Below are positions 40,036-50,888 of a stretch of 64,000 nt of DNA, in pieces. Positions within the stretch are counted from its first letter, which is position 1. Each line of letters begins with the position of its first letter. Origin of the DNA: a virus. The DNA is taken from positions 3,762 through 67,761 of the IMG/VR virus record IMGVR_UViG_3300019776_000296; one strand, given 5' to 3'. The notes below the pieces were generated by a model. The model was not told the origin of the DNA. It saw nothing but the letters and a program-made list of their open reading frames with translations, and did not search any database. Position numbers and translations under genes: made by a program.

Positions 40036-41300
40036 TTGGAGCCTTGCTTCACAACGCAACAGCGTTCGCAGACCTGGGCGGGTTGAAGCCGGAACACTTC
40101 TACCGGCCCGTTCACGAGAAGCTATTCAACACAATCCAGCAGATGTACAACGATGGCGAGGCCATCGACGCGGCAACGGTTTTCGCCAAGCTGGAGAAGA
40201 TAAAGGAACTCCAGAAGATCGGCGGCGCAAGCTATTTGGGCACGCTGCTGGAAGCTCCGCTGGCACTGAACAACGTCGGCACCTATTCCAAGATCATCCA
40301 AGACAAGTGGAAGATCAGGAAGGTCAATGAGTTTGGCATCAAGTGCCAGGGCATTGATGCCGATCCTGATGACGTTGACATGGCATTGGAGTCGGTGCGC
40401 CAGTTCCTCGACAACGTCGATGAGGAGCGTTCCCACGAGGCCATCGATTTCCCCGGCCTGTACGAGGCGTGGACGGCAGCGCAGAACGATGACCGGCCTT
40501 CCATCGAAACACCTTGGCTTGCAGTCAATGACAAGCTGACAGGTGGGTTGCAGCGTCAGCGTCTGTATGTGGTTGGCGCACGGCCAGGTTGCGGCAAGAC
40601 AGTGTTGGCTGCACAGCTAGGTCTGTATGCCGCACTGTCACACCAGCGGGTGTTGTTCTTCTCACTGGAACTATCGAAGGAAGACTTGATGGGCCGCATA
40701 TTGGCTTGCGGCGCAAGGGTTCCCTACACGGAGATCACGGCGAAGAGGCTGACTGCTGAATCGTCAGGCAAGATCAGCACCTGGGTTGCGGCCAGCGCAG
40801 AGCTACGGATCGAAGTGGACGACACACCCGATCTCAACATCGAAGAGATCACTCAGAGGGCGCGAATCCACAAGCAGCGCAAGGGACTTGATCTTGTGTT
40901 GATTGACTACCTCCAACTGATGGAGGAGTCTCCTAGTTCCGGCGAGTCCCGCGTCCAGCGTGTTGACCACATGGCTAAGAGGGCGAGAGCCATTGCAAGG
41001 AACCTGGATTGCGCCGTAGTTGTCTGCGCCCAACTGAATCGCAACATCGAAGATCACGGTGGAAGGCCAAGGCTCCCAACGAAAGCCGACTTCCGCGAGT
41101 CTGGCGGCATCGAACAGACAGCAGACGCTGCCTTCATCCTTTCCCGTCCACCGGACGATAACGGTGAGGAGTCGAAGATTCCCATGATGAACCTGACGGT
41201 GGTGAAGAACCGGCAGGGCACGGAGGGAACGCTGAAACTCATTGAGCGGTTTGACTTTCAGCGGTTCGACAACGTCCACGCTTATAGCGGAATGGAGTAG
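39984..41300 (+). CDS. dnaB: DnaB-like replicative helicase
   Basis: AEQSVIGALL, GARPGCGKT, IDYLQLM, QLNR, RESGGIEQTAD, KNRQG motifs. Confidence 0.97.
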   Translation: MPGRREPAHDALAEQSVIGALLHNATAFADLGGLKPEHFYRPVHEKLFNTIQQMYNDGEAIDAATVFAKLEKIKELQKIGGASYLGTLLEAPLALNNVGTYSKIIQDKWKIRKVNEFGIKCQGIDADPDDVDMALESVRQFLDNVDEERSHEAIDFPGLYEAWTAAQNDDRPSIETPWLAVNDKLTGGLQRQRLYVVGARPGCGKTVLAAQLGLYAALSHQRVLFFSLELSKEDLMGRILACGARVPYTEITAKRLTAESSGKISTWVAASAELRIEVDDTPDLNIEEITQRARIHKQRKGLDLVLIDYLQLMEESPSSGESRVQRVDHMAKRARAIARNLDCAVVVCAQLNRNIEDHGGRPRLPTKADFRESGGIEQTADAAFILSRPPDDNGEESKIPMMNLTVVKNRQGTEGTLKLIERFDFQRFDNVHAYSGME

Positions 41301-41681
41301 AGATGCTGTACTGGCTGAAGCTGCGGATGTGGCACACGTTTCGCTGCGGTGGATCGTGGGTTTCCTTCTGCGGCAGCGAGTCCTGCTCGTCATGCGGAGT
41401 GTGGAGGAACTGGAGGTGAGTAAGATCGCGATTCCGGTGCAGTGGTTGAAGTTTTCGAATACCCATGAGTTGCAAGCCATTTGCCTACAGGGCTGCGTGA
41501 TCCATCACCGCACGGCGCATCACATGCAGTGGTGGCCTCTGCATTGGCGCAGTGACCGTTCGATATTCGAACGCATCTGTGAGCATGGGATTGGGCATCC
41601 CGATCCAGATCAGTACCCGTACTGGCGGGAGATAAACGATATGGCGCAAGCCGTACATGGTTGCGACGGCTGCTGCATTCC

Positions 41682-41996
41682 ATGAAGTTTTGGTCACGCA
41701 AGGATGAATGGTTTGAATACGCAGCATGTTTCGGCTCTGTCGATCACACGCTGCCTCCCGTGCGTGACGATGCTGGGCCAGTCGCTGACTCTCTGCATGT
41801 GTGGGCAGTGTGCCTGGAGTGCCGGGTTCGACCTGAGTGTGCCCGTTGGGCTTTCGAGGGCAGCGAGAGCGGCGTATGGGTTTGTGGTGTATGGATACCG
41901 GGCCATGACGAAGACAAGCGGCAGGCCAGGGAACTACGCATGAAGTTGTACGAGTCGGTAGAAGAAGAGAGTCAGCAGCGGGGCGAGGATGTGTAG
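41682..41996 (+). CDS. WhiB-like protein
   Basis: AAC...VCLECRVRPEC...GVW four-Cys pattern. Confidence 0.7.
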   Translation: MKFWSRKDEWFEYAACFGSVDHTLPPVRDDAGPVADSLHVWAVCLECRVRPECARWAFEGSESGVWVCGVWIPGHDEDKRQARELRMKLYESVEEESQQRGEDV

Positions 41997-42116
41997 CCGC
42001 GCTAGCAGGAGCAAGCGGAGTCTTAGCGAATTGAATTGGCAAACAAGGCGATTCGCCACGCTAGCTGCGGTTATTACGTCAGCGTCATAAAATGACACGC
42101 GAGCAGGGAGCTAGCA

Positions 42117-42506
42117 GTGGCCCGTAATAGACAGTCAGCCAAGAAAGCTGGCACGGCTTTCGAATCACTGATCGCCAAGGGTCTGCGAGAAGCGTTGGGC
42201 GACAACACGATTGAGCGTGCCCCGCGCTGGGGAAGTGTTGATAAGGGAGACATTATCAATGTGACCATCGACACACACCCAATCGTTATACAAGCTAAAG
42301 ACGTTGCTAGATTGGCACTTCCATCTTGGACTGAACAAGCTAGAGTTCAAGCGGCTAATGCTCGTGCGCTCGTCGGCCTGGTTGTACACAAGCGAGTAGG
42401 TACAACCGATCCCATGAAGCAATGGGTTAGCTGCACAGTAGAAGACCTGGTTGCTCTTATCACGAAGACACCAGTTACGAAGGGAAGCAACACAATTGAC
42501 GATTAA
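42117..42506 (+). CDS. Holliday junction resolvase
   Basis: AKKAGTAFE...DKGDI...IQAKD...LVVHKR motif. Confidence 0.8.
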   Translation: MARNRQSAKKAGTAFESLIAKGLREALGDNTIERAPRWGSVDKGDIINVTIDTHPIVIQAKDVARLALPSWTEQARVQAANARALVGLVVHKRVGTTDPMKQWVSCTVEDLVALITKTPVTKGSNTIDD

Positions 42507-43083
42507 CCATGCCTTCAGCGACTTCGACGTAGCAGTTGCTGGAGAAGAACCGGACTGGCGTATCGGCGCACCATGCAGCACCGTGAACCCTGACCTCTTC
42601 TTCGATGACAGCGAAGATGATCCGCTCGTAGAAGAACAGGCAAAACTCATTTGCATGGGATGTCCCGTTGCTGCCGAATGCCTCGACACAGCCATGCTGG
42701 CCCGTGAGGAATACGGCATATGGGGAGGAATGACACCGGCAGAACGCAAGCGATACCAGGCCACCTGGATGCGACTCAAGGGTGGCCGTAACACCGTCAA
42801 GAGCATGCGTGAGAGCAACGGAATCATCTCTGCCGCACCACATATCGACCGCAAGTACCACGCACGCCGTGAAGCGGCCACACAGTGCCGCGAAAAGCTA
42901 TCCCAGGAAACCTCTTACAGCGAACGCCGCGACGAGTACCTGATGGTGCTGGACATGATCATTGCCAACCCTGCTGAGGTCAGCACCAAGCTCGCCCAGC
43001 GAATCGGGCGCAGCGCAACGTGGTTCAACACGATGAAGCGAGAAGTGTACGGGCTGTTCGGAATTAGCGAGAAGGGTAAGTGA
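42496..43083 (+). CDS. whiB: WhiB family transcription factor with C-terminal extension
   Basis: APCSTVNPDLFF...AKLICMGCPVAAEC...YGIWGGMTPAER. Confidence 0.92.
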   Translation: MTINHAFSDFDVAVAGEEPDWRIGAPCSTVNPDLFFDDSEDDPLVEEQAKLICMGCPVAAECLDTAMLAREEYGIWGGMTPAERKRYQATWMRLKGGRNTVKSMRESNGIISAAPHIDRKYHARREAATQCREKLSQETSYSERRDEYLMVLDMIIANPAEVSTKLAQRIGRSATWFNTMKREVYGLFGISEKGK

Positions 43084-43846
43084 TGGACTACGAGTCGATC
43101 AGAGAAGAAGGCCAGTTCGATGACGTGGGAACCGTGCGGGTCTGCGATCAGTTCGGGACCATAGCCGTCTACATCAAGGTAGACGAAAACTCTTGGAAGA
43201 CTGTGTATGTCGATCCAATTCGCGGCACCGTACTCATCCCAGATAGGACGCTGTCAAACGCCGTGGCGTGCAGCCACCCAATAGTCTACGCACCGAAAAG
43301 CGTTGTGTAGCAATATGAATGATAGAATTAAACCGGAGGAAGCCAGCGCGGTTGAGGACTCTCCCGCGCTCACCCCCCGGTCTGATCTGCCGCAGTCTCC
43401 CGCGAGCCGACCGGGGGGTTCTCCATATCGCGACAACATCGATGACCTGGTCGATGCGTCACTGAAGAGAGGGCCATACGGGAGTACCGGATGGGTTCCG
43501 TGCCCAAACTGTAGTAAGGAATGGCACGGCTTCCAGAACGGTATCTACTGTCCCGGCTCTCATGTGCGAGAAGGCAAGGGTGCCAATGCGATACGGGAAC
43601 CAAGCATGGGTGGGACTGGGGATTTATCTTGCAGTAGTTGAACTACTGGCACCACCCGGCGAGACACTGTCTGAAGCAATGGACAGTTGGCTGGAACGTC
43701 ACCCAGGAAAAGCCTTGTGCTACATGGCAGTTGGCGTAACAGCACTACATCTGGTCAACGCGATACCTCAGCGTTATGACCCTATACACCAAGCCTTTTC
43801 GTCCCGCCACTACTTGCAACGGATCGCGATAAGCTTTCTTGCATGA
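43080..43846 (+). CDS. Three small hypothetical genes (43080-43310, 43315-43641, 43586-43846)
   Basis: Coupled ORFs; the last is hydrophobic with ETLSEAMD...YDPIH. Confidence 0.55.
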
Positions 43847-44601
43847 AAGCAAAGATCGCCGTCCTCGACATTGAGCGGCAAGCCGGTGTGGCAGACGGCA
43901 TTTGGGAACTGCGCCAGAACGGATGGCTGCACCCAGGACAGGTTGTTGAACGGCCACGCACAATCTGCTTTGCATACAAGTGGCTGGGCGGCGACGAGAC
44001 ACTCTTCCACGCCGAATGGGACAAAGGCCCAAAGGCAATGGTGAAGAAAGCCCATGACGTTCTCGAAAAGGCCGACTATGTAATCGGCTGGAACTCAAAG
44101 AGATTCGACATCCCGCACCTCCGCACGGAGATGATCGTCCACGAGCTACCGCCGCCTGCCCCGCACAAAGACATCGACCTCATGTTGCAGGCCAAGCGCA
44201 ACTTCGCATTCATGTCCAACCGCATGGCTGAAGTAGCAAAGCTGTTGGACCGCAAGGGCAAAATGGATACCGGCGGCGGCGACCTCTGGCGCAAGCTCCG
44301 CTACTCAAAAGGCGAAGAGCTATGGGAAGCAAGGCATCTCATGGCTGAGTACAACATGCGAGACGTGGAACTCACGGAAGAGTTGTACCACCTCATGCTC
44401 CCCTGGTGCAGCGGAATGAACGTCGGAGCGTACCAAGATGGAGTCGGCCCATTCTGCCCCAACTGCGCCTCAGACCACGTCCAATTCCGTGGAACCGCAG
44501 TAACTTCCACCAGAACGTACCGACGCTTCCAGTGCCAGGACTGCGGTAAGTGGGGCAGGGAAGCAAAGTCAATCGCATCGACAGATGGAGTATCGCTGTG
44601 A
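43843..44601 (+). CDS. DnaQ/RNase H-like 3'-5' exonuclease with C-terminal Zn ribbon
   Basis: LDIE, GWNSKRFDIPHL, YNMRDV, CPNC...CQDC motifs. Confidence 0.85.
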   Translation: MKAKIAVLDIERQAGVADGIWELRQNGWLHPGQVVERPRTICFAYKWLGGDETLFHAEWDKGPKAMVKKAHDVLEKADYVIGWNSKRFDIPHLRTEMIVHELPPPAPHKDIDLMLQAKRNFAFMSNRMAEVAKLLDRKGKMDTGGGDLWRKLRYSKGEELWEARHLMAEYNMRDVELTEELYHLMLPWCSGMNVGAYQDGVGPFCPNCASDHVQFRGTAVTSTRTYRRFQCQDCGKWGREAKSIASTDGVSL

Positions 44602-45051
44602 CGAATCCCAAAGTGCGCGTTGAGGATTACCCGCTCATCTCTGAGTTGGAGGAAGTCTTCTGGCACGAGATCGACCGTCAGTTCATGGACGATGAAATCG
44701 AACCCGGCACAATGGAATCCGTGTACGTCGATCCGGTTCTTGGTGAGATACAAGGGATTCCAGACATCACCAAGGCGATCATCAAAGTACTTGAGGCTTA
44801 CTGGATCGAAGAAGGCCGCTGATGATGGGCAACCGCTGGAGCATTCGCAAGGTTGATCGCAAGTGGCGTGTGTATGACCACAACTCATGGCAGGACGTGT
44901 TCGACACATTGCCTGAAGCACACACCTACGCAACACAATTGGCAGTTGCCGACGATCTGTTCTCGCCGGGTGGTCTGACATACCTGAGTAGCCTCAAGAA
45001 GTCTTTTGTTGCGCTGCAACGTGTTAGATACCAAGAGGGAGTTTTGTCACA

Positions 45052-45612
45052 GTGACGGAATGGCAGAAGATACCCGGCCTACCGCCTCGCTTCGAAGCAT
45101 CTTCTCATGGAGAAATCCGTTCTCTCCCATACGAAGTCAAAGTCTTAGCCAAGAACGGAACAGTCAAGGTTCGGCGCATTGCCGGTAAGACGCTGCTCCC
45201 CCGCGTCACTGATCGCGGCAAGTCACGCGGCCACCCAATCGTCTCCATCTCCAGCACCACATCTGCTGGCACATTCGCTGGGGAACAACGTGTTTCACTA
45301 CTAGTGGCACGCGCATTCCACGGATGCCCTTACGAAGTAGGCGATCTTGCCTCATCGAACAAGTGGAGAATCCTGCACCTCGACGGCGACATCACCAACA
45401 CCGCTGCCGACAACCTGGAATGGATCACATCCAACGGCGGCTCGCCATCGTCAGCCTCGTACAAGCTGTACGAAGAAAACCTCCGCAAGCTGAGGCAGCA
45501 GAGCAAAGAACCGTTCATCCTTTGGGCCAAAAGGATTTTCGGTGATGACTTCGAATTCGAATCGGAAGATCAAGAATGCCTACAACCTCAAAGAACGGGC
45601 CAAGATCACTAG
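45052..45612 (+). CDS. NUMOD4 / HNH-like protein
   Basis: EWQKIPG...FEASSHGEIRS, LVARAF, HLDGD...DNLEW motifs. Confidence 0.75.
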   Translation: MTEWQKIPGLPPRFEASSHGEIRSLPYEVKVLAKNGTVKVRRIAGKTLLPRVTDRGKSRGHPIVSISSTTSAGTFAGEQRVSLLVARAFHGCPYEVGDLASSNKWRILHLDGDITNTAADNLEWITSNGGSPSSASYKLYEENLRKLRQQSKEPFILWAKRIFGDDFEFESEDQECLQPQRTGQDH

Positions 45613-45893
45613 GGCGCAAAGGAATTCGCTTTCAGAAAGCGAAACAGCGTGTGCTTAGGGCCAACCAGATATGCGACGAGTGCGGGGAATTCATTGACCT
45701 GCAACTGAAGTGGCCTGATCCTCTGTCTCCCACAGTGGATCACATCATCCCGGTCAACCAGCTTGAGTGGAATGACCCACTCAACTATGACGTAAACAAC
45801 CTCGTCCCTTGCCATCTCGTGTGCAATCAAAGACGCGGAGCGAAAAAGAAAAAGCCGCAACAACACCCACAGTCACGCGACTGGTTCTCCTAA
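45576..45893 (+). CDS. HNH endonuclease (packaging-associated type)
   Basis: CDECG...SPTVDHIIP...NLVPCHLVCNQRRG. Confidence 0.88.
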   Translation: MPTTSKNGPRSLGRKGIRFQKAKQRVLRANQICDECGEFIDLQLKWPDPLSPTVDHIIPVNQLEWNDPLNYDVNNLVPCHLVCNQRRGAKKKKPQQHPQSRDWFS

Positions 45894-45957
45894 TCCACTG
45901 GTACAATCAAAGTAGGGAAATCCCCTGTGCCCCAAACGATCTGAGGATTCTGAAACA

Positions 45958-46853
45958 ATGACCGTGAAGAAGGAAGAGGCTGGCGAGGCTCTCGCCAAGG
46001 TGACTCAGCCCGTCGAGACTTCAGCCAAGCCCAAGCCGCAGACCGACGCTGAACTCAACCACCGCTTCAGCCACGTCGCCCCGTCTGGCGCGAAGAAACC
46101 GGACTTCCCCACCAAGCAGTGACATCCTGAGATCAGTACTACCGCAAGGGGATTCGTATGGTTGCCGGTAAAGAGGCATCACCAAAAGATGTCAAGAACA
46201 CTGAGCAGCTAAAGCGGTACTGGTCGAGGGGAATGGGCGCAGCCAAAATAAATTGGGGAACTGAGGGCGACTTCTCAAGGTGCGTAACGAATTTGAGTCG
46301 GCACCTGAAAGACCCTGAGGGCTACTGCGCCCAACTGCACCATGACGTTCTGGGTTACTGGCCTGCAACGCATGCCAAGATGGACAAGGCCAAGAAGGGC
46401 AAGAAGTAAGTGGGATTCAGGCGTGATACAACCGATTCGCTTGAGTTCCTACGGTTAGTAATATGGGACGTGCTGCGTGAAACACACAGCATCACAAGAC
46501 AATTAAGGATCGTTATGTCAAATCAAGAAGTGTTCGATGCATACGCGGAGAGAGTCTCTGAGCAGAACAGCCAGATTCGCGAGGCTGTCACCGTCATCCT
46601 TCAGGAGATCGGCAGGCTTCAGGGAGATTCCCTTGCGACAAACGAGAAGCCGCTGGACACCGCGAAGATGGAGCAGGCTCTTCAGCAGTTGACTGCTTCT
46701 GTCGATGAGGTGGAAGCCATCCATACCGTCGAGGCTCCCGTCGAGGAAGCTGCGCCGGTCGAAGCTGAGGTCGAAGCTGCCGACGACGAGCCGGTCGAAG
46801 TTGTTGAAGAGGCAACTACCGACGCTGCCGACGAGGACTCCGACGAGGAGTAA
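45958..46853 (+). CDS. Three small genes (45958-46122, 46158-46409, 46515-46853)
   Basis: Each has an SD; the second carries GAAKINWGTEGDFSRC, the third is an acidic coiled coil. Confidence 0.6.
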
Positions 46854-46903
46854 ACTCGCAGGTCAGAGCCTTAATTAGTTAGACTAACTAACTAATTTTA
46901 GAC

Positions 46904-46950
46904 AAGAAAAATCCCCCGATCCGGTTCTCACCGGGCGGGGGATTTCTCTG
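46904..46950. terminator. Bidirectional terminator between the convergent arms
   Basis: agaaaaatccccc...gggggatttctct. Confidence 0.8.
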
Positions 46951-46978
46951 TCTCTCTCTCCAATTCCCTTGGGGCACA

Positions 46979-47433
46979 CTACTTTTGAGTAAGCATTCCC
47001 CTCCGCGTCACGAGATGATAACCGCGACAAGAGCATTCGTAGATAGCAGGAGTTCTCCTGGTAACACGCTTACCCTTGCCCCGGCCTGTCCGACGCTTGT
47101 CAGCAATGCGCTCAGAGATTTCGAGTGCCGCTTTCCTTGCCTCCCACCGTGATTCAAAACGTAGCTTGAAAGGTGTTGGGCAGTAAAGCATTTCGTTCAC
47201 CTCCTTAACAGCGTATTGCGGTGAACCTGACGTACCTGATCAGGGTAGAACGAACGCATCAACTCGTGGCCTGACCGGCCACCAACGAAGTTCAGCACCA
47301 GCTTCCCCTCGTTGGTCAAGTTCGCATGCATGAAACGAAACCTGCCGCGCTTCTTGACAATTGACACCTCGACACCAGGAACGATCCGGCGACGATTGAC
47401 GTAGACCTCGTAGATCAGACCCTCGTCAGTCAT
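46979..47433 (-). CDS. Two small hypothetical genes (47197-47433, 46979-47200)
   Basis: Coupled; the last has a C...YECSCRGYHL Zn-binding pattern. Confidence 0.6.
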
Positions 47434-47522
47434 CGTAGTAATCGCAGCTTTCGCTATGAACGCACCGCGTTACGCCATCCAGTTCGTAGGTGTGATTCCA
47501 TGCCTCGCAAGTGCATTGCTTG

Positions 47523-47852
47523 CTACTCATCACCGCTCCCCCAGATGTAGTCGGCATCCCTTGCGTACATCTGTGCCTCGTACTTGATCTCGTTAAGGCA
47601 AGAGCCGCAATACATTTCGCCGCAGTACTCCAGGCACATAGCAGTCTTCTCGCACTCCTTGCACTCGTTGACCGTGGCAGCGAGAGCAGCACGCAGAGAG
47701 GCAACCTCCCTCTCTAGCTGTGCAATACGGTCATACTTCTCCTGCTCCCAGACAACCTGCATGACTTCCATCTCGTCTTGATCAGACGGGTCGAAGTCAA
47801 CACCTGGAACCCAGCCACCACCTGGTTCGTAGTGGTCTTCAAACATGGGCAT
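47523..47852 (-). CDS. Hypothetical acidic Cys-rich protein
   Basis: SD GGGAAGGG; CKEC...C...C...CGSC. Confidence 0.6.
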   Translation of the reverse strand: MPMFEDHYEPGGGWVPGVDFDPSDQDEMEVMQVVWEQEKYDRIAQLEREVASLRAALAATVNECKECEKTAMCLEYCGEMYCGSCLNEIKYEAQMYARDADYIWGSGDE

Positions 47853-47878
47853 AATTTTTCCCTTCCCAATTGTGTTGT

Positions 47879-47960
47879 GCGAGATACAGTCTCGCGGCTG
47901 GCCTTGGCAGGCAAAAGGGAGAACAGCAATGCTGCTCTCCCCCCAACCGGCCAAGCACGG
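47879..47960 (-). ncRNA. Long-hairpin processing element LH1
   Basis: UUGGCCGG-UU-GGGGGGAGAGCAGC/GCUGUUCUCCCUUU-UG-CCUGCCAA, then a GCGAGA/UCUCGC hairpin. Confidence 0.55.
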
Positions 47961-48146
47961 TTACTCGTTCAGCAGGTTCTCCGCACGCTCAAGCTCTTCA
48001 AGCTCAGTCATGGCCGCAGCCAATTGCACTGCGCGAGAATTGATTTCGCGCTTCAGCGTTTCGATCCTCTGCTTCTTTGCACGCATCTGCTGATCCAGCA
48101 TCACGCGCAACTGGGCTACCGAATAGCCACCAATGTTCTTAACCAT
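47961..48146 (-). CDS. Small coiled-coil protein
   Basis: SD GAGAGG before ATG at 48146. Confidence 0.6.
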   Translation of the reverse strand: MVKNIGGYSVAQLRVMLDQQMRAKKQRIETLKREINSRAVQLAAAMTELEELERAENLLNE

Positions 48147-48435
48147 TCGGGAACCTCTCGTTGATGACTGCACCGATCTTGCTGGCAAGCCTGGTGGCTG
48201 CCTCGACTTCCTGTAAAGCTCTGTGCAACCAACCATTGGCCGCACTCAGTTCATCGATTAACTCCTCAAACGTCATGTGTTCCAACGTCATTCACCTTCC
48301 GTGTAATGCATCATGGGGCAGTTCAGCGAACCAGGCGTGTGGTAGTAGCCGCACAGATCGTGGTAGTTGGCAGCATCATCGTCTGCCACATCCCACCGGC
48401 CACCAGTTTCTAGTGCCCAGTTGTACTGGTGATCG

Positions 48436-48846
48436 TCATTCCACATAGCTTGTGCCCCAACCACTTGCCTCGACATTCCAGTCATCAGCAGTCATCACGG
48501 CCAAGCCAATCAGCGGCCCTTCATCACCGAACTCCTCAGAGAAACGGCGAAACCTGTTGGCACGCTTGATGTTCACCGGGCACAACAGTTCGTTAGCTGG
48601 CATCTGATACAGCTTCACCTCACCCTCCAGCACATCATCCAAGATGATGTAGTGGAAGTCAGACGTGGTAGCCACAATGGCACGCTTCATGCCATTGAGA
48701 GGCGAAAACTCCAGCGGCTCAAGCTCTTTGTAGCAATCGCCAACTCTGAAGTTCAGGTCGATCCACGTCATCTCGCCGCGTTCACGGCTGGTGACCCACT
48801 GCACTTTTCTACCATCTTCGAATTCGATGGTGATAGTTGCACTCAT
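48436..48846 (-). CDS. Hypothetical protein
   Basis: ACACAAGGGAAGAGG leader before ATG at 48846. Confidence 0.65.
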   Translation of the reverse strand: MSATITIEFEDGRKVQWVTSRERGEMTWIDLNFRVGDCYKELEPLEFSPLNGMKRAIVATTSDFHYIILDDVLEGEVKLYQMPANELLCPVNIKRANRFRRFSEEFGDEGPLIGLAVMTADDWNVEASGWGTSYVE

Positions 48847-48896
48847 ACGTCCTCTTCCCTTGTGTTGTGTTGTGCCCCAACAGAATTGCTGGGACA

Positions 48897-48963
48897 GCGT
48901 GTGCATGGCGGGAGTCGAACCCGCAGCACCAGGACGAATCCTGTTGCAGCCCAATGCATGCAC
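48897..48963 (-). ncRNA. tRNA-like element TLE1
   Basis: GUGCAUG/CAUGCAC acceptor; GCGGG-UUCGACU-CCCGC T-arm; D region reduced to CAUUGGGC; tail ACGC. Confidence 0.8.
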
Positions 48964-48971
48964 CCCCGGCG

Positions 48972-50051
48972 TTAGCCGATAGCGATCAGTTCAGGACGAT
49001 CCAGAACCTTCGCCACCGCAGTCAGCATGGTGCTGTCAGCGGCTGCGAATTCACCACGGATGGCGCGGTCATAGACCCGCTCCAACCGCGACACCGAACG
49101 AACGGGTGCGTAGTGATGCTGGTAGGTATTGAAAGCCTGCACAGCACCAAACACGGTGCCCTTCCACTGCTCCGACATTGGATCGGACATGTAGACGGCA
49201 TCGATTGCCTCCCTACGGTTTTCGGTCTTGGTGACCTTCGCCTTGGTTGAACCTTCCGGCGCGGGAGGTTCGATGATGTCCAGCACCTCAATCCATTTGG
49301 GGCGCGACAGCTTGATGCCCAACAACTCGTGGACGTAGTCGGTCATGTCATTGGCCGACTTGTCCAGAATTGAAAGTGCCTGCCGCACACCGGAAATGGT
49401 GTCAACGGACATCGACTGAGACGTGTGCTTGACCTTGAACTGCCGGTTAGCAGCCCGTGCCTCTGCCTTCAGTGCGGTGAACATGTTGTCGCACTTCAGG
49501 ATTCGATTGAAGGCACTGTAGCTAGTAGCTATGGAGCCATCCATCGATGTTGTGCAGAGGAGGAACGGCCAGAAATCCAGGCCGCTCCTGCCGTCGTGCA
49601 TCGTTTCCTCAAGACCGATCTCGACGGCAGCCTGTGCGCCGTTCTTCAGGGTCAGTGCCGACAGGACTCTTAGCGTGTCCTGCAACACATTTGAGATGTA
49701 ACGAATGAGCCACGTCTTGTAGTCATGGATACGGTAGGACGATTTGTGCCTACCCAGTTCCGTGCCATCGTCGGAACGCACAATGCCTTGGGCACCATGT
49801 GTCACAACAACTTTCACCGGAGTCATCACGCCGTCCTTGCCAATCGGGATGTAGATGTCTGCATCCTTCTTGCTGCACGGGATGAAGTTCCCGGTGGGAA
49901 CTGAGATCGCTTCGAAGTTGAACAGCAGTCGCTCGACTTCGCCTACCGGGATCGGGCCAGGGAACGTCGGGAGTGACCCGTCTGTCTGTCCGATCCAACC
50001 GTTGCGCTTCTCAGTGTTGCCAATGATTGCGCGTGCGATTTGTGTACCCAC
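48972..50051 (-). CDS. DUF932-family protein
   Basis: GIVRSDDGTELG...Y, PFLLCTTSMDGS, RILKCDNMF, GTVFGAVQAFNTYQHH motifs; likely GTG start at 50051. Confidence 0.8.
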   Translation of the reverse strand: MGTQIARAIIGNTEKRNGWIGQTDGSLPTFPGPIPVGEVERLLFNFEAISVPTGNFIPCSKKDADIYIPIGKDGVMTPVKVVVTHGAQGIVRSDDGTELGRHKSSYRIHDYKTWLIRYISNVLQDTLRVLSALTLKNGAQAAVEIGLEETMHDGRSGLDFWPFLLCTTSMDGSIATSYSAFNRILKCDNMFTALKAEARAANRQFKVKHTSQSMSVDTISGVRQALSILDKSANDMTDYVHELLGIKLSRPKWIEVLDIIEPPAPEGSTKAKVTKTENRREAIDAVYMSDPMSEQWKGTVFGAVQAFNTYQHHYAPVRSVSRLERVYDRAIRGEFAAADSTMLTAVAKVLDRPELIAIG

Positions 50052-50082
50052 TTTAGTGGATTCCCTTCTCTTCCTTGTGTTT

Positions 50083-50190
50083 TGGTGCAAACCCTGCACC
50101 GGGGGTACTGCAACTGGCGACTGAGCCAGCAGGACACGGCACCGTGCTGTCACCACGGTGCCGTGCTACAACCCGCTCAGTCATACCCCC
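50083..50190 (-). ncRNA. Long-hairpin processing element LH2
   Basis: GACUGAGC...GCACGGCACCGUG/CACGGUGCCGUGU...GCUCAGUC, then a GGUGCA/UGCACC hairpin. Confidence 0.6.
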
Positions 50191-50255
50191 AATTTACAGA
50201 GGGGGTGAGTCTTGCTCAGACGAGCAACACTCAAGGGTTGTTGTGGGACAACGGA

Positions 50256-50888
50256 TTACGCCTCTTCGATGTTGTCGATGTTGTAATCCTCGTAGTACGA
50301 GATATCGATTTTGTCGTAGATGTAATCCGACAGGTTGTTGTCGATCTCTTCTCGCGCATTGTCTTCCGACGTTGCCTCGACTTCGACCTCAACAACGTAG
50401 GTGACGTTCACGACAGCAGTGAAAGATCGCTTAATCCCTTCCAGGCCAAGCTCTTCCATCACCTCGCTGAGTTCTTTGCGCTTGTCGTCATCATCCAAAT
50501 GGGTGACGGCCCACTCAGCGAGTGCATCCTGGGCATCTCGCTTGAAAGCGTTGAACTGATCTTCCAAGTTAGAGCACCTACGATTCGCGCTTTGGTAGCT
50601 GATCCGTTCTGCGCCAACAGCTTCCACGAGCAACTGGCTCACACCAGTCAGTGTCATGGGAGTGTTGGTGCTGTCCAAACGGATTCTCCAATCCGTTTCT
50701 TGATCAGCGCGAACTGGTTGCACCATCTTCGCGCTGCTGTTGAAGACGTAGGTCATAACGAGAGAGTTATGGGTGTCGGTCTTACCCGTCCAGATACCAA
50801 ACTCCTCTTCGCCCCTCCATGAGGTGCGAGCCAACTCGACTCCAGCGACAGCATTTTCGACCAGATTGGCGAAAGTGATTGTCTCCAC
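50256..50888 (-). CDS. Hypothetical protein with acidic C-terminus
   Basis: 210 aa; SD GAAGGGA; GTG start. Confidence 0.7.
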   Translation of the reverse strand: METITFANLVENAVAGVELARTSWRGEEEFGIWTGKTDTHNSLVMTYVFNSSAKMVQPVRADQETDWRIRLDSTNTPMTLTGVSQLLVEAVGAERISYQSANRRCSNLEDQFNAFKRDAQDALAEWAVTHLDDDDKRKELSEVMEELGLEGIKRSFTAVVNVTYVVEVEVEATSEDNAREEIDNNLSDYIYDKIDISYYEDYNIDNIEEA

